Positions 9,525 through 19,654 of a DNA stretch of 64,000 nucleotides are shown here, in pieces. The translations under genes were made by a program, and so were the position numbers. Under the pieces are notes generated by a model, which ran no database searches, was not told the DNA's origin, and worked only from the letters and a program-made list of their open reading frames with translations. Source of the DNA: Bacillota bacterium. Lineage in GTDB: Bacteria > Bacillota > Clostridia > Christensenellales > CAG-917. Location: assembly GCA_023665365.1 (NCBI GenBank), contig JAMPEA010000003.1, positions 26,321-90,320 on the forward strand, in the 5' to 3' direction. Every line of letters starts with the position of its first letter. Position 1 is the first letter of the stretch.

Positions 9525-9857
9525 ATGAAACTCGAAATTTACGGAAAGAACTACAACCCGAGCGATTTGCTCAAAGCCGTCACCGAAAAGAAATCCGCTA
9601 AGCTCGCAAGACGTTTGAAGGACGACGACAATGCGCAGGTCAAATACACCGTTACGCTTGAAAACGGTGTGTACGCCACCGACCTTACGGTTGTTACTCG
9701 CGGGCAATCTTATCGAGCCGAGGCTGAGTCCGGTTCGCCGTTCGACAATATCGACGTGGTTATTCCGAGGCTGCTCGGGCAGATGAGAAAGCAAAAAGAC
9801 ATCAAGTGCAGAGGCAAAAAAGGGTCGCCGAGCGTTTACGCCGACCACGAGGAATGA
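9525..9857 (+). CDS. hpf: Ribosome hibernation promoting factor / RaiA family, short form
   Basis: 110 aa, MKLEIYGKNYNPSDLLKAVTEKKSAKLARRL...YRAEAESGSPFDNIDVVIPRLLGQMRKQK, which fits the sigma54-modulation/HPF fold. There is a GAGGAGG RBS. No long C-terminal dimerisation domain is present. Confidence 0.85.
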   Translation: MKLEIYGKNYNPSDLLKAVTEKKSAKLARRLKDDDNAQVKYTVTLENGVYATDLTVVTRGQSYRAEAESGSPFDNIDVVIPRLLGQMRKQKDIKCRGKKGSPSVYADHEE

Positions 9858-10645
9858 TGAGAGTCGGCATCTCGACAGCTACATTTTTTTTAAAGGAATT
9901 GACCGAGGATTCGTTCTCGGTCATTCAACGCTGTGGAGGCGAGACCTGCGAGGTGTTTTTGACGACGTATTCGGAGTATGAGCCCGAGTTTGTCGATACT
10001 TTAAAGGCAAAAAAGGGCGACCTTGACGTATATTCCGTCCATTCGCTCAATACGCAGTTCGAGCCGCAGCTTTTCAATCTCGCGCCGCGCACGCGCGCCG
10101 ACGCGGAAAAGTTATTCCGCAAAGTGCTTGCGGCAGGCATGACGCTCGGAGCGAGGGTGTATACTTTCCACGGGCTTTCGAGGTTGAAGAAAAACACCTA
10201 TTTCGACCCCGTTACGGTCGGGAAGCGCATGCGCGAGCTCGGCGAAATCGCAAACGAATACGGCATTACGCTATGCCTTGAAAACGTGCACTGGGCGACG
10301 TTCAACGCTCCGAGCTTTTATGCGGAGATGAAAAAATATTCGCCCAACTGCGGGTGCGTGCTCGACGTGAAGCAGGCGTGGCAGTCGGGCTACGACTGGC
10401 GCGAATATCTCGACGTCATGGGCGATACGCTCAAAAACGTGCACCTCAGCGACGTGGACAAGGACGGCAATATCGCTATGGTGGGCAAGGGCGCGTTCCC
10501 CTTCGAGGAGCTTATAAAACGCCTTGACGGGATAGGCTACGACGGTCCGCTTATGATAGAGCAGTATGCAAAAAATTACGACGGCTACGACGAGGTGGCG
10601 CAGTCTGTAAAATATTTGAAAAACATTGTCGGAGGACTAAGATGA
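9854..10645 (+). CDS. Sugar phosphate isomerase/epimerase (xylose isomerase-like TIM barrel)
   Basis: The track ORF starts at 9806, but the in-frame ATG at 9854 overlaps the hpf stop (ATGATGA) and gives MMRVGISTATFF. Motifs of the AP-endonuclease-2/TIM-barrel family are present (YTFHG, LCLENV, IEQY). Confidence 0.8.
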   Translation: MMRVGISTATFFLKELTEDSFSVIQRCGGETCEVFLTTYSEYEPEFVDTLKAKKGDLDVYSVHSLNTQFEPQLFNLAPRTRADAEKLFRKVLAAGMTLGARVYTFHGLSRLKKNTYFDPVTVGKRMRELGEIANEYGITLCLENVHWATFNAPSFYAEMKKYSPNCGCVLDVKQAWQSGYDWREYLDVMGDTLKNVHLSDVDKDGNIAMVGKGAFPFEELIKRLDGIGYDGPLMIEQYAKNYDGYDEVAQSVKYLKNIVGGLR

Positions 10646-12033
10646 TCAAATTCGATTTCAACAATATGATGGACGCTTACATAGGCGACGAGGGCATCAC
10701 CGAAAAGGAAATTGCCGAAGTCCAAGCAAAGACAGAGGACGCGTATTCCTATTTCGAGAAGAACCGCGGCACGGGCTGGATGGGCTGGTCGGAGCTTCCT
10801 TACAACCAAGAGGACGTTGTGCGCGACATTATTGTCACGGCGGCGGACGTGCGCGCAAAGTTTAAGAACTTCGTCGTGCTCGGCATCGGCGGAAGCGCGC
10901 TCGGACCTATGGCGGTCTTTAACGCGCTTTGCCATTTGAGATACAACGAGCTTGACGAAAACAAGCGCGGCGTTAAATTTTACGTAGAGGACAACGTAGA
11001 CCCCGAAAGAATGGTCGCCCTGCTTGACGTAATCAAACCCGAGGAAACTATGTTTAACGTCGTCACAAAGAGCGGCGCTACTTCCGAGACTATGAGCCAA
11101 TACCTCATAATCACCGACATTCTCAAAAAGAAATGCGGAAAGGATTGGGCAAAGCATATCATCGCCACTACTTCCGAGAGCAAGGGCAACCTCATCAAGC
11201 TCGCAAAGGAGGAGGGCTTTAAAACCTACTACATTCCCGACGGAGTGGGCGGAAGGTTCAGCGAGCTGTGTCCCGTGGGGCTTCTCCCCGCGGCGGTGCT
11301 CGGCATAGATATTATCGGGCTTTTGGTGGGCGCAAGCGAGATGGACAAAAAGTGCAACGGCTCCGACCCCTACAAAAACCCCGCGCTTATGGCGGCGGCG
11401 CTTCAATACCTCGCAATGACTAAAAAGGGCAAAAATATATCCGTTATGATGCCATATGCGGATTCTCTCAAACTAATGGCGGACTGGTACTGCCAACTTT
11501 GGGGCGAGAGCCTCGGCAAAGCCGTGGATTTCGACGGCAAGACTGTGCACGTAGGGCAGACTCCCGTCAAGGCGCTCGGAGTCACCGACCAACACTCGCA
11601 GGTGCAACTCTATACGGAAGGTCCGTTCGACAAGGTTATCACGATAATCGGCGTTGAAAAATTCAGAAAAGACGTTGTGATTTCAAACGGCGCGGAGCAG
11701 TTCGCCGACGTGAACTTCCTCTGCGGACATACGATGAGCGAGCTTATCAACACCGAGCGCAAGGCGACTGAGTACGCGCTCACTCGCTCCAAGCATATGA
11801 ACAGAACCATTCTCCTCGACGAGGTGAACGCTCGCTCGATCGGTCAGCTCCTTATGTTCTTCCAGCTCGAAACCGCCTACTGCGGCAAGATGCTCAATAT
11901 CGACACTTTCAATCAGCCCGGAGTCGAGGAGGGCAAAAACGCAACCTACGCCATGTTCGACAGGCACGGCTACGAAGCCAAAAAAGCCGAGCTTGAAAGC
12001 GCGCCCAAGAAGAGCGAAAAATATATTATTTGA
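10642..12033 (+). CDS. pgi: Glucose-6-phosphate isomerase
   Basis: 463 aa. Motifs VVLGIGGSALGP, KSGATSETM and DQHSQVQLYTEGP are characteristic of bacterial PGI. The start overlaps the upstream stop (ATGA). Confidence 0.93.
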   Translation: MIKFDFNNMMDAYIGDEGITEKEIAEVQAKTEDAYSYFEKNRGTGWMGWSELPYNQEDVVRDIIVTAADVRAKFKNFVVLGIGGSALGPMAVFNALCHLRYNELDENKRGVKFYVEDNVDPERMVALLDVIKPEETMFNVVTKSGATSETMSQYLIITDILKKKCGKDWAKHIIATTSESKGNLIKLAKEEGFKTYYIPDGVGGRFSELCPVGLLPAAVLGIDIIGLLVGASEMDKKCNGSDPYKNPALMAAALQYLAMTKKGKNISVMMPYADSLKLMADWYCQLWGESLGKAVDFDGKTVHVGQTPVKALGVTDQHSQVQLYTEGPFDKVITIIGVEKFRKDVVISNGAEQFADVNFLCGHTMSELINTERKATEYALTRSKHMNRTILLDEVNARSIGQLLMFFQLETAYCGKMLNIDTFNQPGVEEGKNATYAMFDRHGYEAKKAELESAPKKSEKYII

Positions 12034-12184
12034 CGAGATATGTCTTGCGTGTACCGTTTTCGGGACACGCAAGGTTGCATAATTACACCGTAAGCAAATC
12101 TTACGATAATAAATTTAGGATTGCGGCAAAAGTCGTCGGCGCTGTCGTGCGCGTCGGGATACTGCCAATATCGGCGAGGTCGTT

Positions 12185-12763
12185 ATGTATAATTTTTACG
12201 CGTTTATGAACAGAATGAAGCTCATTCAGAGGTGGAATCTCATGCGCTCCAATATCAAGGAGGACTTGATGCAACACTCCGCCTCGGTTGCGATATTCGG
12301 GCAGGCGCTCGGCATAATCCGCAACACGATATTCGGCGGCAACGTAAACGTCGATAAAATTGCGGCGCTCGCGCTGTATCACGATACGGCGGAGGTCGTC
12401 AGCGGCGATTTGCCCACTCCCGTCAAGTATTACAACGCGGGGATTAAGGGCGCGTACAGCGAAATCGAAAAGGCGATAAACGAACGGCTTTTGGAGTCCT
12501 TGCCCGACGAGCTCCGAGGCGAGTACAAAAATTATATCGAGCCCGACGAGGACAGCGAGGAATATAAAATCATGAAAATCGCCGATAAACTCTCGGCATA
12601 CATAAAGTGCGCAGAGGAGAGACTGCTCGGTAACCGAGAGTTCGACAAGGCTTTCGGCAGACTGCAAAAGGTGCTCGACGAGACCAAGGCGGATTATCCC
12701 GAGCTTGCCTATTTCCTCGACAACTTTATGGACGGATTCAATTCGTCGCTGGACATACTCTGA
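12185..12763 (+). CDS. HD-domain 5'-deoxynucleotidase (YfbR-like)
   Basis: 192 aa with RWNLMRS...EDLMQHS...LYHDTAEVVSGDLPTPVKY, the HD motif and the layout of YfbR-type nucleotidases. Confidence 0.8.
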   Translation: MYNFYAFMNRMKLIQRWNLMRSNIKEDLMQHSASVAIFGQALGIIRNTIFGGNVNVDKIAALALYHDTAEVVSGDLPTPVKYYNAGIKGAYSEIEKAINERLLESLPDELRGEYKNYIEPDEDSEEYKIMKIADKLSAYIKCAEERLLGNREFDKAFGRLQKVLDETKADYPELAYFLDNFMDGFNSSLDIL

Positions 12764-13836
12764 TGATAGAGTTAAGAGGCGTAACCAAACAGTATCTGTA
12801 CGGCGCGCGCGTTCTGGGCTCGACGGATATGACGGTCGGGGACGGCGAAATCGTTGCGCTCCTCGGCGATAAAGGGAGCGGCAAAACCACTTTGCTCAAA
12901 GTCGCGGCGGGCGTGACGGATTGCGAGGGCGAGGTGTTTATCGGCGGCAATCCGATAGCCAAACGCCCCGACGACGTACTTATGGTTTTCGACGACCTCG
13001 CAGTGTTTGAAAACCGCAGTTTTTACTATAATCTTGCCTATCCGCTCAGACTGCGCGGAGTGGAAAAAGACGCAATCGACAGGCGTGTAAAGGCTTGCGC
13101 CGAACGTATGGGCATCACGGCGTGCCTGTACGAAAGGGCGAAAAAAATGCCGCTCATCGACGTGAAGCGGCTTGCTATTGCAAGGTTGTTTTTGCGGGAG
13201 TATAAGGCGCTTTTTATAGACGATATTACAAGCGGACTCGACCGCGACGAAGCCGACGAGCTATGGGGCGAGGTTATGCCGATTATACTTCAAAAGGCGA
13301 GCGAGGGCGTAAGCGTGATATACTCTACGCACAGCGCGCACGAGGCTTTGTCGATAGCGGACAGGATTGCAGTTATGCACTACGGCGAGCTTAAACAAAT
13401 CGGCACGGCTAAGCAGATTTACGACAATCCGTCCAACGTATGGGCGGCGCAGGCGCTTGACAGATACTACCACTTCGAGCAAGCGAGGTTGGAAAGGCGC
13501 GGCGGCGAGCTAAAACTTATACTCGGCGTTGAAACTCCCGTGTCTGAGGGCAGTGAAATCGCGATAGACGGAAGCGTATTCGAGGGCAGAATTGCAAACG
13601 GATATGAGGGCGAAAAGGTCTTTATCGGCTGGCACTCGGACGACTTTGCAGATAGCGGCGAGCGCGAGGAAAACGTAAGTTATGCAGTGCGCGAGGGCGA
13701 CGCATACGTTTTGCATACGGAGTGCGGAATTTGCGTCAAGCGCAATGACAAAGCCGAGAGTGTTTGCACTCTGCCCAAAATAGAGCGCGCTTATCTTTTC
13801 GACTATACGAACGAAAACAATATTTTTATAAAATAA
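12763..13836 (+). CDS. ABC-type ATPase, MalK-like, with degenerate catalytic motifs and no adjacent permease
   Basis: 357 aa. Walker A (GDKGSGKTT) and the H-loop (YSTHSAHEA) are kept. The Q-loop Q is replaced (MVFDDLAVF), LSGGQ is replaced by MPLIDVK, and Walker B reads FIDDITSGLD. A C-terminal MalK/TOBE-like domain follows. The start overlaps the yfbR-like stop by 1 nt (TGATG). Confidence 0.75.
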   Translation: MIELRGVTKQYLYGARVLGSTDMTVGDGEIVALLGDKGSGKTTLLKVAAGVTDCEGEVFIGGNPIAKRPDDVLMVFDDLAVFENRSFYYNLAYPLRLRGVEKDAIDRRVKACAERMGITACLYERAKKMPLIDVKRLAIARLFLREYKALFIDDITSGLDRDEADELWGEVMPIILQKASEGVSVIYSTHSAHEALSIADRIAVMHYGELKQIGTAKQIYDNPSNVWAAQALDRYYHFEQARLERRGGELKLILGVETPVSEGSEIAIDGSVFEGRIANGYEGEKVFIGWHSDDFADSGEREENVSYAVREGDAYVLHTECGICVKRNDKAESVCTLPKIERAYLFDYTNENNIFIK

Positions 13837-13847
13837 CAAAGGTGGAT

Positions 13848-14345
13848 ATGACAATCCTCGGCATCGACCCAGGTCTTGCGACTATGGGCTACGGAGTTAT
13901 AGAAGCGCAACACGGCAATTTTCAAGTTGTCGATTATGGCGTTGTCACGACTCCCAAGGAGTGCACCTTGCCCGAGCGACTTTGCCAAATCGAGGAGGGC
14001 GTAAGCGAGCTCATATCCGCCTACAAGCCGCAAAGCGTAGCCATAGAGGAGCTGTTTTTCAGCAAGAACATTACGACGGGCATACCCGTTGCAGAGGCGC
14101 GCGGCGTGATTTTGCTAACCGCAGTCAAAAGCCTCGGCGAGGAAGTCTACGAGTATACGCCAAACCAGATTAAGCAGGCGATTACCGGCTACGGCGGGGC
14201 GGACAAAATACAGATGCAACATATGGTGCAGGCGCTTTTGAGACTCAAAAGCGTACCGCGTCCCGACGACGCGGCGGACGCGCTCGCGGTCGCCCTCTGT
14301 CACGCGCAGACAAGCAGATTGCAATCGGGATTCAAAGTGCGTTAA
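13848..14345 (+). CDS. ruvC: Crossover junction endodeoxyribonuclease RuvC
   Basis: The in-frame ATG at 13848 follows AAAGGTGGA and gives MTILGIDPGLATMGYGV..., the canonical RuvC N-terminus. The 13764 start in the track overlaps the upstream gene. Confidence 0.9.
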   Translation: MTILGIDPGLATMGYGVIEAQHGNFQVVDYGVVTTPKECTLPERLCQIEEGVSELISAYKPQSVAIEELFFSKNITTGIPVAEARGVILLTAVKSLGEEVYEYTPNQIKQAITGYGGADKIQMQHMVQALLRLKSVPRPDDAADALAVALCHAQTSRLQSGFKVR

Positions 14346-14368
14346 TCAAAAAAGGATAAAGGTGAGAT

Positions 14369-14947
14369 ATGTACAGTTATATTTCGGGCAAAATTGTAGG
14401 CAAGACTGCAAGCGGAATAGTTGTCGAAAACAACGGAATAGGCTATGATATAGGCGTGAGCGGCAACACGCTTTACGACGTGGATTTGGGCGAGATTGTA
14501 AAAATCTACACCTATTTATACGTGCGCGAGGACGAAATGTCGCTATACGGCTTCTCCCGCGAGGAGGAGAAAAAGCTGTTTTTGCGTCTCATCGACATAA
14601 GCGGGATAGGTCCTAAGATGGCGATGCAGATACTCGGCGGCTACGACCTCAAAACGCTTACCGTCGCTATTGCAAGCGGCGACGTCAAGACGCTTTGCAA
14701 GATAAAGGGACTCGGCAAAAAGACGGCGGAGCTTATCGTGCTCAATCTGCGCGAGGTCGCGGCGGAGGATATAAGCGGCGCGGATGACGGCGTAGGCATA
14801 GCGGGCGACGATATAGCGGACGCGGTGAACGCGCTCGAATCGCTCGGCATTGCAAAAACCGACGCTGTACGCGCGGTCAGCGAAGCGCAAAAATCCGTCA
14901 GCGGAGTTGAAAATATCATTGCATACTGCTTAAAACAGTTGCTTTAA
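14369..14947 (+). CDS. ruvA: Holliday junction branch migration complex subunit RuvA
   Basis: 192 aa. MYSYISGKIV...GIGYDI gives the OB domain, and HhH motifs are present (ISGIGPKMA, IKGLGKKTAE). Confidence 0.93.
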   Translation: MYSYISGKIVGKTASGIVVENNGIGYDIGVSGNTLYDVDLGEIVKIYTYLYVREDEMSLYGFSREEEKKLFLRLIDISGIGPKMAMQILGGYDLKTLTVAIASGDVKTLCKIKGLGKKTAELIVLNLREVAAEDISGADDGVGIAGDDIADAVNALESLGIAKTDAVRAVSEAQKSVSGVENIIAYCLKQLL

Positions 14948-14956
14948 GAGGATATT

Positions 14957-15997
14957 ATGATAAAATCACAGTTTTCAAAAGAGAACGGCGAGGGTTTCGA
15001 CGCAGAAAACAGACTGATGAGCAGTCTGACAATAGAGGAGGACGAGGCGGAAACTTCGCTCAGACCTCATACTATGAGCGAGTACGTAGGGCAGTCCAAA
15101 ATCAAAAAAAACTTGGACGTTTACATAACCGCCGCAAAGGACAGAAAGGACGCGCTCGACCACGTTTTGCTGTACGGACCTCCCGGACTTGGCAAGACTA
15201 CGCTTGCGCATGTTATCGCCTGCGAGCTCGGAGCGCAAATCCGCGTGACGAGCGGCCCCGCAATAGAGCGCGCCGCCGACCTTGCCGCGATACTTACAAA
15301 CCTCGAAAAGGGCGACATTCTGTTTATCGACGAAATCCACCGCCTAAACCGCAATATCGAGGAGGTGCTTTATCCCGCTATGGAGGATTTTTCACTCGAC
15401 TTCGTATCCGGAAAAGGACCTATGGCAAGGAGTATTCGTCTGCCGCTTAAACGCTTTACGCTCATAGGCGCGACCACGAGGGCAGGCATGCTGTCGAGTC
15501 CGCTTCGCGACAGATTCGGCATGATGCTTCGCCTCGAAATGTATACGCCCGAGGAGTTGACAAGCATAGTCACGCGCTCGGCGAGGATACTCGGCATAGC
15601 AATCGAGCCGTCCGCCGCTTTGGAGCTTGCAAAGCGCAGTAGGGGAACGCCGCGTATCGCAAACAGATTGCTTCGCCGCGTGCGCGACTTTGCGCAGTAT
15701 GAAAAACTCGATTGCATAAATCTCGCCGTCACAAAGAAGGCGCTAACGCTTATGGACGTTGACGAGTTGGGGCTTGACATAACCGACCGAACCGTCCTCG
15801 AAGCGATAATCGACAAATTTGCAGGCGGACCCGTCGGGCTTGACACTCTGTCGGCGGCGACGGGCGAGGAGGCATCGACAATAGAGGACGTTGTTGAACC
15901 ATTCCTCATTCAGCTTGGATTTATCACGCGCACTCCGCGAGGCAGAATGTGCACTAAAAACGCCTACGAGCATTTGAATAAGCAATATATAGAGTAG
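14957..15997 (+). CDS. ruvB: Holliday junction DNA helicase RuvB
   Basis: 346 aa with [12 protein letters not shown], Walker [12 protein letters not shown], Walker B FIDEIHRL and sensor GATTRAG. Confidence 0.96.
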   Translation: MIKSQFSKENGEGFDAENRLMSSLTIEEDEAETSLRPHTMSEYVGQSKIKKNLDVYITAAKDRKDALDHVLLYGPPGLGKTTLAHVIACELGAQIRVTSGPAIERAADLAAILTNLEKGDILFIDEIHRLNRNIEEVLYPAMEDFSLDFVSGKGPMARSIRLPLKRFTLIGATTRAGMLSSPLRDRFGMMLRLEMYTPEELTSIVTRSARILGIAIEPSAALELAKRSRGTPRIANRLLRRVRDFAQYEKLDCINLAVTKKALTLMDVDELGLDITDRTVLEAIIDKFAGGPVGLDTLSAATGEEASTIEDVVEPFLIQLGFITRTPRGRMCTKNAYEHLNKQYIE

Positions 15998-16076
15998 CGC
16001 ATATACTACGATGAAAACTTCGATTTATACGCAAATCGGGTTTTAAGTGTATAAATTGACAGATAAACTATTGATT

Positions 16077-17117
16077 ATGCAAAACGAACGGAATTTATCC
16101 ACGCACGATTTTTATTACGACCTTCCCGAGGAGCTCATTGCGCAGATTCCCGTCGAGCCGCGCGACAGCTCCCGTCTTTTGGTGTATCTGAAAGAGGAAG
16201 ATAAGATTTTGCATAGGCATTTTTACGACCTGCCCGATTTTTTAAAGAAGGGCGATTTGCTTGTGATAAACAACACGAGGGTAATCCCCGCGCGCATTTT
16301 CGGACATATCGAAAATCACGAAAGCGTGCTTGAAACGCTGCTTCTCAAACGCATAGACTATACGCACTGGGAAACCATTATGAAGCCCGCAAGAAAGGCG
16401 CGTATGGGAAGCGTCATACATTATACCGAGGGGCTGAGCGCAGTCGTCACAAACGTAGGCGAGTACGGCGCGCGCACGATAGAGTTTAAATTCGACGGAG
16501 TGTTTGAGGACATTCTCGACAAGGTGGGCAATATGCCTCTGCCTCCGTATATCAAAGAAAAGCTGCGCGATAAGGAAAGGTATCAGACCGTGTATAGCAA
16601 AATCGACGGGTCTGCCGCCGCGCCTACCGCGGGCTTGCACTTTACGCCCGAGCTGATGAAAAAAATAGAGGATATGGGCGTTGAGTTTGCAAACGTGCTT
16701 TTGCATATCGGGCTTGGCACTTTCCGCCCCGTCAAAGAGGAAAATATCCTCGACCACAAGATGCACACGGAGTACTACGAGATAGACGAGGTTGCCGCCG
16801 ACAAGATAAATAGGGCGGTGCGCGAGGGCAGGCGCGTCATCTGCGTAGGCACTACAAGCGTGCGCACTCTCGAAACCGTCGCCGACGAAAACGGCTACGT
16901 CAAGCCCTGCAAGGGAGAAACGGATATTTTTATATATCCCGGCTACCGCTTCAAGTGCGTCAAGGGGCTTATAACCAACTTCCATCTGCCAGAAAGCACG
17001 CTGATTATGCTTGTGTCGGCGTTTGTCGGCAGAGAAAGAACGCTTGAAATTTACAAAACGGCTGTCGAGGAAAGATACAGATTTTTTTCATTTGGGGATG
17101 CCTGTTTCTTCCAATAA
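16077..17117 (+). CDS. queA: S-adenosylmethionine:tRNA ribosyltransferase-isomerase
   Basis: The track ORF starts with GTG at 16047, but the ATG at 16077 gives MQNERNLSTHDFYYDLPEELIAQ, the typical QueA start. The C-terminal FFSFGDACF motif is present. Confidence 0.94.
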   Translation: MQNERNLSTHDFYYDLPEELIAQIPVEPRDSSRLLVYLKEEDKILHRHFYDLPDFLKKGDLLVINNTRVIPARIFGHIENHESVLETLLLKRIDYTHWETIMKPARKARMGSVIHYTEGLSAVVTNVGEYGARTIEFKFDGVFEDILDKVGNMPLPPYIKEKLRDKERYQTVYSKIDGSAAAPTAGLHFTPELMKKIEDMGVEFANVLLHIGLGTFRPVKEENILDHKMHTEYYEIDEVAADKINRAVREGRRVICVGTTSVRTLETVADENGYVKPCKGETDIFIYPGYRFKCVKGLITNFHLPESTLIMLVSAFVGRERTLEIYKTAVEERYRFFSFGDACFFQ

Positions 17118-17149
17118 GCGGCGCAATTTAATATGAAAATTTTAGGTGA

Positions 17150-18256
<1,107 letters not shown>

Positions 18257-18367
18257 TCGGCGCGGATAAAATTAAATCGAGTTTAATGTTTTAAAGTTAT
18301 CTCAAATATATTGCTTTTTTTTCAAGCATAGTGTATGATAACTAAAAACAGTTAAAAAGGAGCAACT

Positions 18368-18868
18368 ATGTTATACAATCTTCTCGCAGCCGATAGCGGC
18401 GATACAAAAAGCCAAATTATAATGTGGGTTATCATCGCCGTCGTGATCGTGCTGATGGTAGTTCTTACGATTATACCTCAAAGAAAGCGCAGAAAAGAGC
18501 AGGAGAAAATGATGAGTTCTCTTGCCGTCGGCACAAAACTTATGACCGTAGGCGGTCTCGTCGGCAGAATAACTCAGGTCAACAACGACAATACGCTCAT
18601 CATCAACGTCGGCACAGAGAGCAATCCTACGCTTATCGTCATCGACAAAAAGGCAGTCGGCTACGTGCTTGAAAATGTCAACGCACCCGCACCCGTGCCT
18701 GCACCCGAGGCGACGCCTCTCGTCCCCGAGACTCCCGCAGTCGCCGACGAGCCTGTGAAAGAGGAAGAAAAGGTCGAGGAGCACGACCATATCGAAAACA
18801 TCTACACGGAGGACGGCTCGCTTCCCGAGGAAAAATCCTCGCTTTCCGACCTCGACAATCCGTTCTGA
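18368..18868 (+). CDS. yajC: Preprotein translocase subunit YajC with an extended acidic/Pro-rich C-terminal tail
   Basis: 166 aa. It has an N-terminal TM helix and the YajC core (RKRRKEQEKMMSSLAVGTKLMTVGGLVGRI...). About 60 extra residues follow (APAPVPAPEATPLVPETPAVADEPVKEEEKVEE...). It sits in the conserved tgt-yajC position. Confidence 0.85.
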   Translation: MLYNLLAADSGDTKSQIIMWVIIAVVIVLMVVLTIIPQRKRRKEQEKMMSSLAVGTKLMTVGGLVGRITQVNNDNTLIINVGTESNPTLIVIDKKAVGYVLENVNAPAPVPAPEATPLVPETPAVADEPVKEEEKVEEHDHIENIYTEDGSLPEEKSSLSDLDNPF

Positions 18869-18896
18869 TCGGATAGAAAAAATTATAAGCAAAACC

Positions 18897-18927
18897 AAAA
18901 TCACGCGTTTAAAGCGCGTGATTTTTT
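18897..18927 (+). terminator. Rho-independent terminator after yajC
   Basis: AAAATCACGCG-TTTAAAG-CGCGTGATTTTTT. Confidence 0.85.
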
Positions 18928-18935
18928 ATAAACTT

Positions 18936-18966
18936 CTGGATTGCTTCACTGCGTTCGCAATGACGA
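18936..18966 (+). repeat. R3 repeat (CTGGATTGCTTC...CGCAATGACGA type)
   Basis: CTGGATTGCTTCACTGCGTTCGCAATGACGA, 30/31 identical to the reverse complement of 63091-63121. Confidence 0.85.
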
Positions 18967-19063
18967 ATGGAAAAACATATCCATATTCCCCCTTAAAGAA
19001 TAAGGGGGTTAGGGGGATATGAGGAGTTTTCAGGTATCATCCGTCACTGTTTTGTGGAGCGCA

Positions 19064-19462
19064 TTATCTTGGATTGCGTCTGTGTCCTTTTACGTTTACC
19101 GCCAGTATCCCCGAAATCGCGCCGACTATCGGCAGGGTTATGAGGTCAATCCAGCTGAACTTCACGTCCTTGAACGCGGCAAGCGCGGCAAAAATGAAAA
19201 ACGTAAACAGCATATACAGCAATCCGCTTATCGCGCCTTTGAGCAATCCGTTGGACAGGTGCTTGAAGCCGAGCAGTATGCCCGCAAGCAGGGAGATTAT
19301 CTTTATCGCTATGTTCACCGGCATAATCACGTTGTTGGGCAGGGATGCAAACTTGATGATTATCGCAAATATCAAAATCAGTCCGAGCGAAATCAGCGTC
19401 GAAAACAGCACGGCTTTGAGTACGTCAAGCAAATCGTTTTTAAAATTATTCGTCTTTTCCAT
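19064..19462 (-). CDS. Small multi-pass membrane protein (YrzE/TIGR04086-like)
   Basis: The track ORF starts with TTG at 19498, so the ATG at 19462 (MEKTNNFKNDLLDVLKAV...) is preferred. Four hydrophobic helices are visible. The family assignment is from memory of similar small Firmicute proteins. Confidence 0.55.
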   Translation of the reverse strand: MEKTNNFKNDLLDVLKAVLFSTLISLGLILIFAIIIKFASLPNNVIMPVNIAIKIISLLAGILLGFKHLSNGLLKGAISGLLYMLFTFFIFAALAAFKDVKFSWIDLITLPIVGAISGILAVNVKGHRRNPR

Positions 19463-19630
19463 ACCAAACGTTATGCGCGGCGGGGGCAGAGTATGCAATA
19501 TTTTGAATTTCGACCTGTTTTTAGATTAAAATTTGTCAATAGGGCAAACTTATTTGTTGACTTAACTAAGTATTATAGTTATAATATTTATGTTTTACTA
19601 TATATAGCCCTACAAATATAGCCCTAAATT

Positions 19631-19653
19631 AGGGACGTCTTTGCGGGGACCCC
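19631..19653 (-). repeat. R1 repeat family, partial copy (left arm + loop)
   Basis: The reverse complement reads GGGGTCCCCGCAAAGACGTCCCT. It lies immediately upstream of the secD ATG. Confidence 0.6.
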
Positions 19654-19654
19654 T

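Noticed and set aside
19019-19621. 200-aa and 151-aa plus-strand ORFs opposite the small membrane-protein gene
   Set aside because: The minus-strand product has four clean TM helices. The plus-strand translations are Arg/Gln/Tyr-rich with no features and would run through the secD promoter region.
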